Shown here in pieces: positions 1 through 14,215 of a stretch of DNA of 64,000 nucleotides (the first letter of the stretch is position 1; each line of letters begins with the position of its first letter). Below the pieces are notes generated by a model. That model saw nothing but the letters and a program-made list of their open reading frames with translations. It was not told the DNA's origin and did not search any database. Source of the stretch: Eledone cirrhosa (lineage: Eukaryota); the NCBI GenBank assembly GCA_964016885.1, contig OZ024747.1:16802001-16866000 (forward strand), read 5' to 3'. A program made the translations under genes and the position numbers.

Positions 1-261
1 ATTAAGTTACTAATTAACTTTCAGAATAACAATAACTTGTTATTTTTACGTAGGAAAGTGTTATCTTCATAATTTGAGATAGTTAATATGTCGTCTACGT
101 TTATTGTCTACGTGTTGTGAAAATATTAATATAAATATAAATCGGGAATGCAATACTCTTTCTCTTAAATTCGTATATACACACATATGAAGACACACAC
201 ACTCCCACACACATTTATATATATATATATGATATATTGGTGTATATATTATATATTGGTG

Positions 262-321
<60 letters not shown>

Positions 322-325
<4 letters not shown>

Positions 326-528
326 ACAAAGAGGATGTGGTAAGATACCAGGTGGACCATAACGCACCAAAGTACTCAGTACTTAGGGTAGTAGAGTGGG
401 TAATAGGAAAAGAGTCAGGGCCCCGACAGCTGGGCTCCAGCCGTTTCGACAACTAGATCCGAAGAGTTCGGATCTAGCTGTCGAATCGGCCGGAGCTCAG
501 CCGACGGGTTCCTGACTCTTTTTCCTAT
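322..528. mobile_element. Fold-back PLE pLTR derivative, family A (inverted arms ~403-463/467-528, left tail 322-402) between (TA)n tracts
   Basis: Imperfect palindrome ATAGGAAAAGAGTCAGG...GATCCGAA/TTCGGATC...CCTGACTCTTTTTCCTAT. Same sequence recurs at ~8385-8533 and 46789-46910, the latter carrying the hammerhead 3' half GAAAC-GGCC-GTA. Confidence 0.7.
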
Positions 529-531
529 ATA

Positions 532-575
<44 letters not shown>

Positions 576-1273
576 GCGGGGGTGTACGTGTGTGTGTATG
601 TATATATATGAGCAGATCAGATTTTCAGTACTTTAAATATACTACTTTTCTGTTGAGAGTTAGTTAGTTGGCTTGTTTTGAGATATAGTGTAACCTCATC
701 TGACTGTTTTGCACTACTGTGCATGCAGTTGCAACGTATTAAACTAATTAATCAATTCATAATCCATGACATGCAGTTAATGTTTACTGTTGGTTGGAAA
801 TATTATAGTAGTCCAATCCATTAGCATATCAGATACATTTTGCTTTCCTGTAGCCGGCGTTTATAATGGAGTAATGTTTGTATTCTCAAACAGTTATATG
901 TTCTGTAAGGAAACATAATTATTGCAAAACAACTCGTAAGAACTTCTACCTTTCGTAAATAAATATCGCAATTAAATCGAGATTATTGTATCAAGTTAGA
1001 GAGTCATTGTTAACCGTTCTGTGAAATCTTACATTTAATTATATTGTCACCCTTGGTGTTTCCACGGTTGAACACAATTTCACTTCAATTCACATTTATA
1101 AGACGTTATTCTAACTTATATCCAAGCAGATGTACTCAAGTATCAGCTGGTTCTTTTCCACTTCTACTGCACCTCCGATATATTCATGAAATTTAGTATT
1201 TATTATCACACATTTATATTAGTTGCATAGGTATTCTGAGAACGTTATACACACAGACACACACATGCATATA

Positions 1274-1380
<107 letters not shown>

Positions 1381-1394
1381 ACACACCCACCCAC

Positions 1395-1429
<35 letters not shown>

Positions 1430-4280
1430 GAGATGAATAAATTGAGTATAATACCCGTTTCTTACCAAATGCGAAGAAGCTTGATATATTAACCACTTAG
1501 GAAAGGACACAGAGCATAATTGTTTTTAAAATTATATATAGAGAGAGAGGCTGTGGAAGGTTTGTGTTTGTGTGTGTGTGTGGGGGGGGGGGGTATACGC
1601 CCCTCCAAAAATTATATTGTCTCCCCGAACTACGAAGACACACATCTATTTGGCTATGCTTTACAATTTTCTATTTGGCTATGCTTTACAATTTATCTTA
1701 CATGTTATCTTTATCGCATATGGAGGTTTTCTGACCATTTTAAAGTGCAAAGAAGTAAACTAATCACTACAACGAAACTGTCCAAATCCCTCCCCCACTA
1801 CCAATTCAAAAATGCTTCCGCCGCCTCTGTATAAATGTGCGTGTATATATGAATTAATGGCCTATATGCGATAATATCCCTGTTGAGATGCTTCCATTGA
1901 GATATAGATGTAATCATATATCGACTCAGCAGTTAAATTTATATTGATAACTTAATAGGGCTTCCTGTTTTCCTACTGGGAATTCTCTCCATACATGTGT
2001 GTGTATGTGTGAATACATACCCGTATATTAGTGTATGTGCATTTTATGTTATAAGAGTCACATAAATTAATGTGAAACATTGATACTTTATTACTGACAT
2101 TTATTCTTATTAATAAATCCCAAGAGATATGATAACAATAAATATAAAATTTGGTTAAATCATTTGAGAAGCGTTTTGTGGGCGCCTGAGATTTACACCA
2201 AGCTTTGCGCATTTAGTGTCATTTAAACATGTGGCAGAAATAGTTTCCCATTAAATGGTTTTTGATTACAATCTTTCTGTAATTGAAAATACGTTGAAAT
2301 TAATTAGTGTTATTAATCAGCGTGAGATATGATAGAGTGCTTTTCATCAATTTAATATTACAAGTAATCCAAATAATTATCAGTTATTTCCGCTTGTTAA
2401 ATTAACTACTTAAATCGATAAGCTATTATTTAAATTATAGCGGTATAATTTCACATAAAACACCGTTGCAAATCCATCAACTTAATTCTGTAAACCTGTC
2501 AAACTAGACGTTGATGATTATTCTAAAGAATAATCGTGTATAATTTTAAAATAGGAACTAAACATTAATATAGCAATGTTATTATTCAAACTATCTGTAC
2601 CTCAGAATAGAAAGATTCACACTGTGTTATTTCATTTTCAATGTCATTTGTCACTTTATTTAGATGTCCCCCCCCCCCCTTTTTTTTTTTCGACAAACAC
2701 AAATATGAAATATTTTCTGGGAGAGGATGTTGTGACACATAGACATTATTCGTAAAGAAGGTATATCTATAATATTATCGAAAACACATTATACCAGATG
2801 TCAGATAAATTACGGGTTATTGTAGTCTGCAGGCACGTATTATAATATCTATTAACGTCAACTAAATGTTTGTGTTTTATTACCATTATTTTACATATAT
2901 TATTTTATTTTGTTTATAATATTCTATAAACCGAAATACATCAATGTGTTAGAAATGTATTCTAATGAAATAACATAGCGGATCAGAACATGTTACTTAC
3001 GAGAAAATATATAATGAAGACAATAGTTCAGGAGATAACACTGAACAAGATATTTCAGGAAGATAATGGATATTTTAGATGGCATTAAATGATATCTACT
3101 ATGATTGCAATACAGAAATACACAATTAGATATCTCATAAACGAATTAACAGAAAATAATCGTGTTTTGATATAGAAATATAAAATCATAGAGAAATTAG
3201 ACTCCTAATATATACGTTATTAATGAGTGCCACATAAGTTGTAATGATACCACCGTGATAATTTGAAACATTGAAATAATATCTCTAAGGCACAGCAACA
3301 CAGCAAGTCATGTAATGGTATAATGATCGTATTACAAATTCGTAACATTGAATCTATTATATGTTTACATGTAATTACTTTTATATACAAAAGATGTATG
3401 CAATTATTACTTTTTTTTGTTCGTATTTTTATGTTCACAAAAGTAATCCAACAAAGATAATATTTAAGATTCTCCGTTGGTTATGTAGGACTTGAGAACT
3501 AGTTGCAAGTGTATGTGCTAAATAAGAACTAAATTGTTATTATACGCTCAGATTTACTTACTAGAAGTAAACAGCAGGTGTTTACTTCAAACATTCATAA
3601 ACGTATAGCTGTGAATATAAGTAAAGTTCATACAAAGTGACGTACTAATCTTCAACTCCAACAACATTCGTAAAGAGGATTTATTTCATTGTAACGTAGA
3701 AGGGGTGTTAGGCATTTTAGCTGACTTTTCACAATCGGCATACGGTGAATTAATGTATCATGCAACCGTTTGTTGCACTCCTCGACACATGTGTTACAGG
3801 GAGGTTTTACAACGCGTTCCCGTTGAATAATCAAAGTTTACAACGCTAAACAACTCCTTAAACAATTTCCCTCTTAATTATAAATTCTTCAGAATTCTCA
3901 AACATAACATAAACATATACTAATTCCATGTCACGATGCTTGAATCCTAGATTTCTCTTGATCTTCCTGATTCTCCCTCCTGCCATATCCCTCACAATCG
4001 AATTTCATTTTACATCTTATTTCCACTAAATTACGACGACTTAAACCTACCTCCGCACCCGCCTATCTACCTACCTATCTACCTATTTCCCTACATACAT
4101 ACCTGCTTACCTAATTAGCTACTTATACCTACCTACTTACTAATCTACCTTCCTGTCTGCCTATCTGCCTAAATATTCATCAATCTATCGTCTGATATTG
4201 GGTGATGTGGCAGGTTATTATCGCTGATCTTGTTTAGATCGAGATACATTGATAAATACACATACACTGATAACTATATA

Positions 4281-4466
4281 ATTGGTTCTACTTTAGGCAC
4301 AAGGCCATCAATAACCCAGTACATTACTGGTACTTTATTTTATCGACCCCGTAAGGATGAAAGGCAAAGTTACCCTCGGCGGGATTTGAACTCAGACCGC
4401 AAAGGGACGTAACTATGCTGCAAAGCATGGCGTCCTACCCTCTACCGATACTGCCAGTCCACCGCC
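4281..4466 (-). mobile_element. tRNA-derived SINE with Meta-type core (octopod OR-like)
   Basis: Minus strand shows A-box-like TGGCAGTATCGGTAG, B-box GAGTTCAAATCCC and core GCCTTTCATCCTTACGGGGTCGATAAAATAAAGTACCAG. Flanked by ACTGATAACTATATA at 4266-4280 and 4469-4483. Confidence 0.85.
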
Positions 4467-4483
4467 ATACTGATAACTATATA

Positions 4484-4661
4484 ATTGTTTCTATTTTTTG
4501 CACAAGGTCAGCAATTACCCAGTGTATTACTGGTACTTTATTTTATCGACCCCGTAAGGATGAAAGGCAAAGTTAACCTCCGCGGGATTTGAACTCAGAT
4601 CATAAAGGGACCTAACTTTATGCTGCAAAGCATGGTGTCCGACTCTCTACCGATTCTGCCA
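4484..4661 (-). mobile_element. Second, slightly 5'-truncated copy of the same SINE in tandem
   Basis: Near-identical to 4281-4466 and 31523-31710; followed by AACTATATAAT (4663-4673). Confidence 0.85.
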
Positions 4662-4999
4662 AAACTATATAATGCCAGACAGGCAGGCAGGGATACATAG
4701 AGAGTTTGGTAGGTAAGCAAATATATATATAGAGAGAGAAAGGTAAGTTAATTGACAAAAATGTAATTATGTCGATAGACAGATAAATAGAAGGAAAGAT
4801 AAATATAGATAGAGATAGACAGAGACTTAGATAGATATCTTTCTTTATCTGCCACAAGGGCGTACAAAAATGGGACATTACAAATCGTGAGTGTTGGGGG
4901 TTTTACATACAAATCTTTAACAATAATGAATATATATATATATATATATGTGTGTATGTGTGTATGTATGTGTGTGTGTGCATGTGTGTGTGTGTGTGT

Positions 5000-5270
<271 letters not shown>

Positions 5271-6253
5271 ATGCGTGCTAGAGATGAAAGGAAGAGTTAA
5301 ATTACTTGAAAATACGCAGTAGCCTATCAAACGCTGTGTAATAATGCTATTATATATCTGTACATCTATTCCGGTGTTGATGAGATCGCTCACGACTTCG
5401 ATTATTACACTAAGTGTGTGTGCATGTATGTTAATGTGTGATTATGTGCTTTTATGTATGTGCGTTTATACATCTAGTGTATTAATAATGATAAATGCAT
5501 ATCTGTTGCATAATGTAAGTAATTACATTTCAAAGTTTTCACATTATGTGAAATTCTCACACTGATCATATCTCTCATTCACAAAGATACTAGTGAAGGT
5601 TTTATTTTAAATCCGCATATCACAAATTAGATATGACTCTTAACAAAGTAATTTTATATCAATACCATCTCATACTACAAATTTGAAGAAATCCCCTTAA
5701 TGTACAAAAGAAACCATTAAAAGGGTAATTGGATTGAGTATTACTTCAGAATATTTCGGAAACTTTCTACTGTAAAACAGAATATGAACAACAATAAAAT
5801 GATATATATAAGTTAAGTTGAATGTTAATATAAATTCTATAACCAGATTTAATGGACTGCAGGTGTGCTTCATGATTATTTAATTTCGTATGAATTCTTT
5901 ATTTTTAAAATTATTAAATATAATATATTTAGGAATATATTGGTAAAATATGAATGAATATTTGGCAAAGTTAGATTCGGGATATTTCAACGCAGAAACA
6001 GGAAATAAACTGAAATGTAAAGAATTGTTCAGAGACAAATTTCTTAATAAACAGGCTAGATTTGATGAGTAATACAATGGTTTTGAGATACATAAAAATA
6101 TGGACATTCCTGTTTAATATCAGAATAATTATGGAAAAAATATTTTTTTATAAAATATTATCATTATATATAACGATAACGAAACAGTTGATGCATTTAT
6201 ATAGAAGCAAAGTTATTTCATAAGTCTAATGGTAAATGTATACACACACACAT

Positions 6254-6379
<126 letters not shown>

Positions 6380-6405
6380 GTTTACACAACAGTTAGTTCA
6401 CTATA

Positions 6406-6445
6406 CCGAGAACAATTGTTTCACCTTAGCGGATCCTCAGCTCGG
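6406..6445 (-). ncRNA. Minimal type-I hammerhead ribozyme
   Basis: Exact reverse complement of 6453-6492. Confidence 0.8.
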
Positions 6446-6452
6446 AAGCATT

Positions 6453-6492
6453 CCGAGCTGAGGATCCGCTAAGGTGAAACAATTGTTCTCGG
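6453..6492 (+). ncRNA. Minimal type-I hammerhead ribozyme
   Basis: CCGAG-CTGAGGA-TCCGCTAAGGT-GAAAC-AATT-GTT-CTCGG: stem I CCGAG/CTCGG, CUGANGA core, short stem II, GAAA, palindromic stem III, GUU site. Confidence 0.85.
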
Positions 6493-6591
6493 TATTGTGA
6501 ATTAACTGTTGTGTAACCACTTCTACCTAACTCGTCCCATGGACTGAGTGCTCTACCACTACGTATATTACTTTCCAGTGTTCCAGCACTA

Positions 6592-6624
<33 letters not shown>

Positions 6625-6736
6625 ACATGTATATATAAATGCTAAATTTTCATATATATATATGAACATTTAGCATTTAACTTAATATATGTTCATTTTA
6701 ATTTTTTGCTTGCTGTTTTTTCTCTTTACAATTCGC

Positions 6737-6836
<100 letters not shown>

Positions 6837-6917
6837 GTTTATATAACCACCGTGGAAACATTTGTAAGCACACGGAATAAATTACCTTTTTAGGATGTCT
6901 ACCTGTTATTATTCATT

Positions 6918-6963
<46 letters not shown>

Positions 6964-7436
6964 GCGAATTGTAAATAGAAAACAACAGAGCAAACAAAAA
7001 ATTCAAATGAACATATACATATATATTAATTTCGTTTCTTAGATACCTACTTCATTCTTTATTTTCCGACGGTAACTTGTTGCAATAGTTACATAGCTAT
7101 TAGACTACTGACTTAAGTCTTCGAGCGAAATGTGTTAGACAGTATTATAAATCATCAGACAAAAGTTACTAGATATATGCTATAACAAATATAAAGAGAT
7201 TTCCAGATTTCAATTTATCAATCACTATGTTTCTGCATCATATAGATTTAGTACACATTGGGGTAAGATATTTCATTATTAGAGGGGTATATTAACACAA
7301 TCATAATAGTCAAGGTAATAAAATCATGTTACTCGTGGTTATGCAAATACAAATTATTTCTCTTATATATGTTTATAAAACAAACATCTTTACACAGTTA
7401 GGCACATGTCAATGTACATACACATACTCTCTCTCT

Positions 7437-7470
<34 letters not shown>

Positions 7471-7568
7471 GAAACACACACACAAACACATACACACATA
7501 CATAATCAGACGCGCGCACACACGCACAATAACAGTTCAAACACTACGGCAATGTTATATCTGGTGTT

Positions 7569-7864
7569 TTAATACGAACGGAAGACACGGCGGTTGGTAG
7601 ATCTACATGTATGATTGTTGTCGGTAAGCAGTGTCAGTTGTAACTGTCGTTGATATAGGTCTAGTTTGTACATCATTCTTCTATCTGCACTAAGGGTGTG
7701 ATGATGTTTTGAGATTATGAAGACGTGTTCATTTGACATAAAAGCCTTGTAATAATGCAGGAGATCTCTTGAAATGCCCCTTTCTGGGAGCACCTGTCCA
7801 TCTTTCTCTTGCATATTCCTCTGCAGCGTTATTGGTATTCTGATCGGGTGATCGGATCCAGTAC
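7569..7864 (-). CDS. Candidate terminal exon of an unidentified host gene
   Basis: Non-repetitive, relatively GC-richer block. Acceptor-like CTGAT...TTTTTAG| at 7865 and ~98 open codons (GTGSDHPIRIP...RVFRSY*). No recognisable family; the frame is uncertain. Confidence 0.3.
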
Positions 7865-8384
7865 CTAAAAATCCGCTAACAATCAGTTTCTTATTTACAC
7901 ATGATACGCGCAATTTTATGTGCAAGAATATAGAAACGTCCACCGAAATGTATCGTTCCGTCTACAGTTGTTGGGAGGACAACGGCATGGCAGAATCATA
8001 TGCACTACATTCAGAACACAATGCAATAAACGAGATATTTTAATAGTCATAAACTGTAACCCTGAAATATTAGAAACGGTAGTAATAGAAGGGAAAACAA
8101 GGGTGAATCTGTTATACCATAGCATTGCTGGCTTCTACACAATATGGTTACATATGATCACAGCAAGTCATCACGTAATAATCATAATTGTGCAGACAAC
8201 GGAGGTAATAATTGGATTCTCTTACATAAAACAATAAAACACTTTCTGATTAAATTTGAAGATATAAATAATAGGGTTAGCGAGTCTGTTTATGAACGCA
8301 TCTATATGTAGTCACATAAAAAAGAATACACACATGCAAACAGACACACACGCATCCGGACACACACACATACGCATACACTAC

Positions 8385-8533
8385 TTAATGTTTGGTATAG
8401 TAGAGTGGGTAATATGAACAATTCGGGACAACGACCGCTGAGTTCCTGCCGTTTCAATAACAGCTATATCTGCACTCGGATCTAGCTGTTGAAACAGCAG
8501 GAGCTCAGTCGGCGGGGTCCCTAATTTTTCATA
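8385..8533. mobile_element. Older fold-back copy of family A
   Basis: GTAGAGTGGGTAAT... and CGGATCTAGCTGT...GGAGCTCAG shared with 322-528; degenerate inverted arms. Confidence 0.65.
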
Positions 8534-8680
8534 TATATATATATCGCTTCAGCCAACATGTACATTTACATAATTTATAAACTCTGAATGGATAAAAGTT
8601 ATGAATTACTTTGATAGAAAATGAAGTCAAAATTTAAATAATTCTAACAATATATATATACGTACATATATATATACGTA

Positions 8681-8823
<143 letters not shown>

Positions 8824-8843
8824 ATATATATATAAATATATAC

Positions 8844-8921
<78 letters not shown>

Positions 8922-8924
<3 letters not shown>

Positions 8925-9292
8925 AAAGTGTTATTTACAACAAGTAAATATTTTATAACTTATATAAAGCACTCGACAAGTTTTTGAAGTAGATATACGA
9001 TATTAAACAAATGGAAACTATATTTATAAAACCATATTTATTTCATTATACATATTTCAGGGATACCATATTTAACGGTCGTGTTTAAAATGCGTGTTTA
9101 AAATACGTGTTTAAAATACGTGTTTAAAATTTAATGGTCGCTTATATTATGGTACGTCAAACATTATTTATAAAACTGTTTATATATTGTATTTTATCTG
9201 ACGAAGGCATGCCATATTTTTTATATGGTATCCCTGAAATATGTATAATGAAATAAATATGGTTTTATAGTTTCCATTTGTTTAATATCGTA
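8922..9292. mobile_element. Fold-back PLE pLTR derivative, family C
   Basis: Inverted arms ~8992-9071/9223-9292, left tail, (TA)n on both sides, hammerhead in the right half, 13-bp tandem unit in the spacer. Confidence 0.75.
9190..9255 (+). ncRNA. Type-I hammerhead ribozyme (AUA site)
   Basis: TATTTTAT-CTGACGA-AGG..ATGCCATAT/ATATGGTAT..CCT-GAAAT-ATGT-ATA-ATGAAATA; 8-bp stem I with one G-U pair. Confidence 0.7.
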
Positions 9293-9310
9293 TATATATA
9301 TATATATATA

Positions 9311-9736
9311 TATTAATAAAAGAAATTCCAACTTTGTCTGATTTACTCGTTTTATTTACAATCCTTTACAATTTATAATGGTATTAGAATGAAATAGTAT
9401 AGTAGAATATTAAATGTTAAGTGTTATTTGGACAGGTACTTTCATGCTTTCGCAATCTTCAGGTTCATGTTCTGTGGTGACAGTCAAGTTTGTAATTTTC
9501 AACTGTTGAAAATTGCAAACTTCATTGTCACCACAGAATCTGAACCTGAAGATTGCGAAAGCATGAAAGTACCTGTCCAAATAACACTTAACATTTAATA
9601 TTCTACTATACTATTTCATTCTAATACCATTATAAATTGTAAAGGATTGTAAATAAAACGAGTAAATCAGACAAATGTGGAATTCCATTTATTAATATAA
9701 TCTTCTATACACAATCATACAGACCCGTGTATATTC

Positions 9737-9740
<4 letters not shown>
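9311..9740. mobile_element. Fold-back PLE pLTR derivative, family D (~190-bp arms, 1-nt spacer at 9504) with a hammerhead-like motif in each arm
   Basis: Near-perfect palindrome 9311-9697 plus tail. CTGAAGA-TTGC-GAAA-GCAT-GAAA-GTACCT at 9546-9574; the cleavage-site region is non-canonical. Confidence 0.75.
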
Positions 9741-9791
<51 letters not shown>

Positions 9792-9945
9792 CTCAAGCTA
9801 GTTTCAAAAACATTTGGCATAACGTATAGTGCTATCTCAATTCAAGTCTTGGCTACATTCACTTGAAGGGCATGGTATAGGCAACTGAAGGACCAAAGAA
9901 AATAAAATGTCCGTAGACCGACATTTAAAATCTTAATAGTTCTTC

Positions 9946-10453
<508 letters not shown>

Positions 10454-11269
10454 CGTGTGGGGACGTGCGCGTGTGATGCAAATATTCGCGAGAAAGATGA
10501 AAGTGAGAAGTTAAAACTAATTGGAGTTACTGAAGAAATAAAAGTAGACAAGATAAAAATTCATGAAATTATATTCATGAATAAAATATTGACTAACTAA
10601 TCGATATAATGGAATCAATACTGTCTGACATGTAATAACAGCTGCAGAGCTTTTAACTGAATGTCTAGCTTTTTATAATAAAATCATATCACATTTTATG
10701 TATCATTTAAGTACTAGAATATCACAGTAGGTTTGGTCATTTATTTGTATACAAACTAGGGAGCTATCCGCATTGTCCTGTAACATTTTAACCGATGGAA
10801 CTATATTAATCTCATATGTTAGCAATCTGACAAAGAAAGGTCTCGTGTAATGAAAATCTGCATATTAATGCATGAATTTATGATATCTACAAGTAGAATT
10901 ATATTATAAATTTCTATAATCTCCATGTGAGCAGTGTAGCGATATTATTCCACTCTAGGTATTTCTTTGGATTAGGGGACTTTATCACCATATATATCGA
11001 TTATTTAACGAGTCAATGTTAAAGATTTCGTTATCATTAGCTTTAACATTCACTATATATTTCCGAAAAGTAAAGGGAAACAACAAAGCAAATCATACAG
11101 TACAATAATGAAATATATTATTTTAACGCTTGAAATATTACGAGTGAAGTCTTAATGTTTGGGACAGCAGATGGAACGGGGTATAAAAGATGTAATAGAA
11201 AGATAAAATTTGAAGATGAAGAAACGAAAAAAAAAATGTTTGGCGAAAAAATGAGTGTATTCAATCACC

Positions 11270-11323
<54 letters not shown>

Positions 11324-12911
11324 TATATTATATATATTATATATATATATATTCATATCAGGCTCTTCTGAACTTAATACATACATTTATACATTAAATT
11401 TAAACGTAATATGCCTTAGTACAGAATACAAGTTATTGATCGAAATAAAAACCATTAGAATCTTCAAAATATTTGTAATGGTGTTATACATCTATATTCT
11501 CTGCTAATGACGAATTCTAAACTTCTATGATGCGATTACTACTTCGCTAAAAGTTTATGTGGCTGTATGGCTATTGTAATCTTTTCCGTGAAAGCATAGT
11601 CGAAACAATTGAAAAAGTAATAATCGACTGGTAACAGATACAGTGCGTATTTAGGATGAAGTAGAGATTCGTAGCCCAGTTCCTTTAATTTGCAAAACTA
11701 CTCCTCTATTCGCATTGTTCTGCTAGGATTCAGAATGTTGTGATGGATTAATCCGTCTGTGCAATGTTGGATTTGGGAAGATCAGATTTTATAACGGTGT
11801 TTTTCTGCTTTTCGTACTATTCATGAATAATCCATTTTGCAAGTGTCTTCGACTTTCAACTTCTTTTCAAATTCACAGAAATTGCTACAATGATTATAGC
11901 TAGCTCCCGGGAAGTTGAGATGATTTGTTCAGCTAATATCTTCAATTCAAAACAAAATGTATGCATTGATTTCAGAACCGAATATGTACACCGAGGATAT
12001 ATACATTAGTAACATAAAATAGTGAGTATTCCAAGGATTTAAGAAGTTGAATGTAAGTATTAAGTTACGTGTATAGTGGAAGCGTCATCTACGTTTATGT
12101 ATCTGTGTATAATATCCAATCACCATGGTGGAGACAAATGGAACTTATTTCATCAATCAACATATCACATATAGAAAATCAATAACTAGTTTGACTAGTG
12201 CAATATGCATAATAAAAGAATATATTTTTCAGTACACTGAAATGACACGAATCTATTAAAATTATACAGTGACTTCTTTCTCCAACTGAAAGAGAAATAC
12301 CAGTTAGTTATGAAGAATTATATTTTCTGTACGGAATTCAGTACATCACGCTTTATTTTATTTACGTAGCCCTACATGCTGTTATTAATGAAAACAATTA
12401 ATGAAAACAATTATTCCTTTCTACCGTGAATTTTCATGGATCTAAAGATCTCATCGTTATCATAAAAGAAAAACAAATAATTATTTTCGTGAAAAAGCAT
12501 AAACATATATTGAAAGATATTCACTGCAAGGCAGAATGTTTAAATTGAAAAGTGTGTGGTGTCTAATTACATCCAGCAACGCTAAAGTAATAAATATCTA
12601 TTCAAATGAAAAAATAAAAGGAGTGTGCAGAGATACTTCAAAGAAAAATGGGAACAGTTCGATTGGAGGGTAAACAATTAAAATATACAAAAAATAACCT
12701 TTTCACAAATTAACAAAAGTAATTACATTACCTTACTAATTTAATTAATACAAGCAACACTAATTATTCAAAGCGATCTATTGTATTATCTTTTTAGCAG
12801 AAAAATCAAGATATTTTAAGGAGTTTCGCTGATTATGATTGAAATCTGAGTGTATATAAGTAGGTTGTGTACGAAACTATATATATATATATATATATAC
12901 ATATTTGTGTT

Positions 12912-12967
<56 letters not shown>

Positions 12968-12983
12968 TGTGTGTGTGTGTGTC

Positions 12984-13051
<68 letters not shown>

Positions 13052-13402
13052 CGGTAAACAGAAATAACAACACAATCGGTACAGTATATGGAAGGAATAT
13101 ATTATGTTAACGCTTGGAATAGCAGGAAGAGGGTCTTAACTTTTCGGATGCTAATTCTTCATGAGAAGAAAGAATGAGAAATTAGATAGATTCAAGGGCC
13201 GGGTGGGTTGGAATTGAAAAAAAATGTTTTAAAATAAAAATAACAGGTCTATATTGATATATATGTTGATATATATATATATATATGTTGATATATATAT
13301 ATATATCGATATATGTATATATGTTGATATATATATATATATATATATGTTGATATATATATATTGATAAATATATATGTTGATTGATATATATATATAT
13401 GT

Positions 13403-13464
<62 letters not shown>

Positions 13465-13470
<6 letters not shown>

Positions 13471-14215
13471 CAACATATACCATCCGGCAACAAGTACCAT
13501 AGCCTTTTAAACAAAAACACTATTAAAATATTCTACTCTACTACGCCTAACATAGCATACCACATAGCTAGTAGCAATAAAAGAAAAAATAATTCTTACT
13601 TCCAACAATCTAAATCACAACAGACGATAAACATTCAAAATAACATTATAGCAACTAACCCTAATAACAATAGAAATAATAGTAATAACACTAGTGTAAA
13701 CAATAACGCTGGGAACGACAACCCACAAAACCATAATCCTATAGCTACTATCCAGACTTCTACACAACATAATAACCGGCAGACCAATACCCAGAATAAT
13801 TGTAACTGTAGATCAAATAGAACCTGCCCTTTAGATAAAACATGCTTAATCAAGGATATCATATACTCATGCACAGTCACAACTAGCAACTCTTCTGAAA
13901 CCTATATATGCTCTACTTCAAACTGCTTCAAAACCAGATACAATTCGCACCTCCACTCTTTCAAAAAACACAGTCTAGCCAACTCCACTTCACTATCTAG
14001 CTACATACACTATCTAAAAACTAAATATAAACCATATACACTTAAATGGGAAGTGATAGGTAACGCGACATCGTACAAACCACCTAATAAATTTTGTAAC
14101 CTCTGTCTACTAGAGACCCATACTATCATATTCTCAAACCATAACCTCCTTAATAAAAATCAGAAGTGTTCGCGTCTTGCCAACACCGCTTCCGACACTC
14201 CTTCCAAAACTTTAA
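13465..14215 (+). pseudogene. 5'-truncated Penelope-like element: RT-EN linker, Cys knuckle and GIY-YIG endonuclease
   Basis: HKYH-like [37 protein letters not shown]...YICST, FKTRYNSH, LKWEVI, CNLCLLE, LLNK. Frameshift near 14160, then CQHR. Collinear with the 40644-41411 protein. Confidence 0.9.

Noticed and set aside
9311-9740. MITE or DNA-transposon interpretation of the inverted repeats
   Set aside because: Arms are asymmetric with tails and contain hammerhead motifs; equivalent structures match pLTRs of coding PLEs.
13250-13410. CRISPR-like repeat-spacer pattern
   Set aside because: Eukaryotic context, spacers are only (AT)n, and there are no cas genes.
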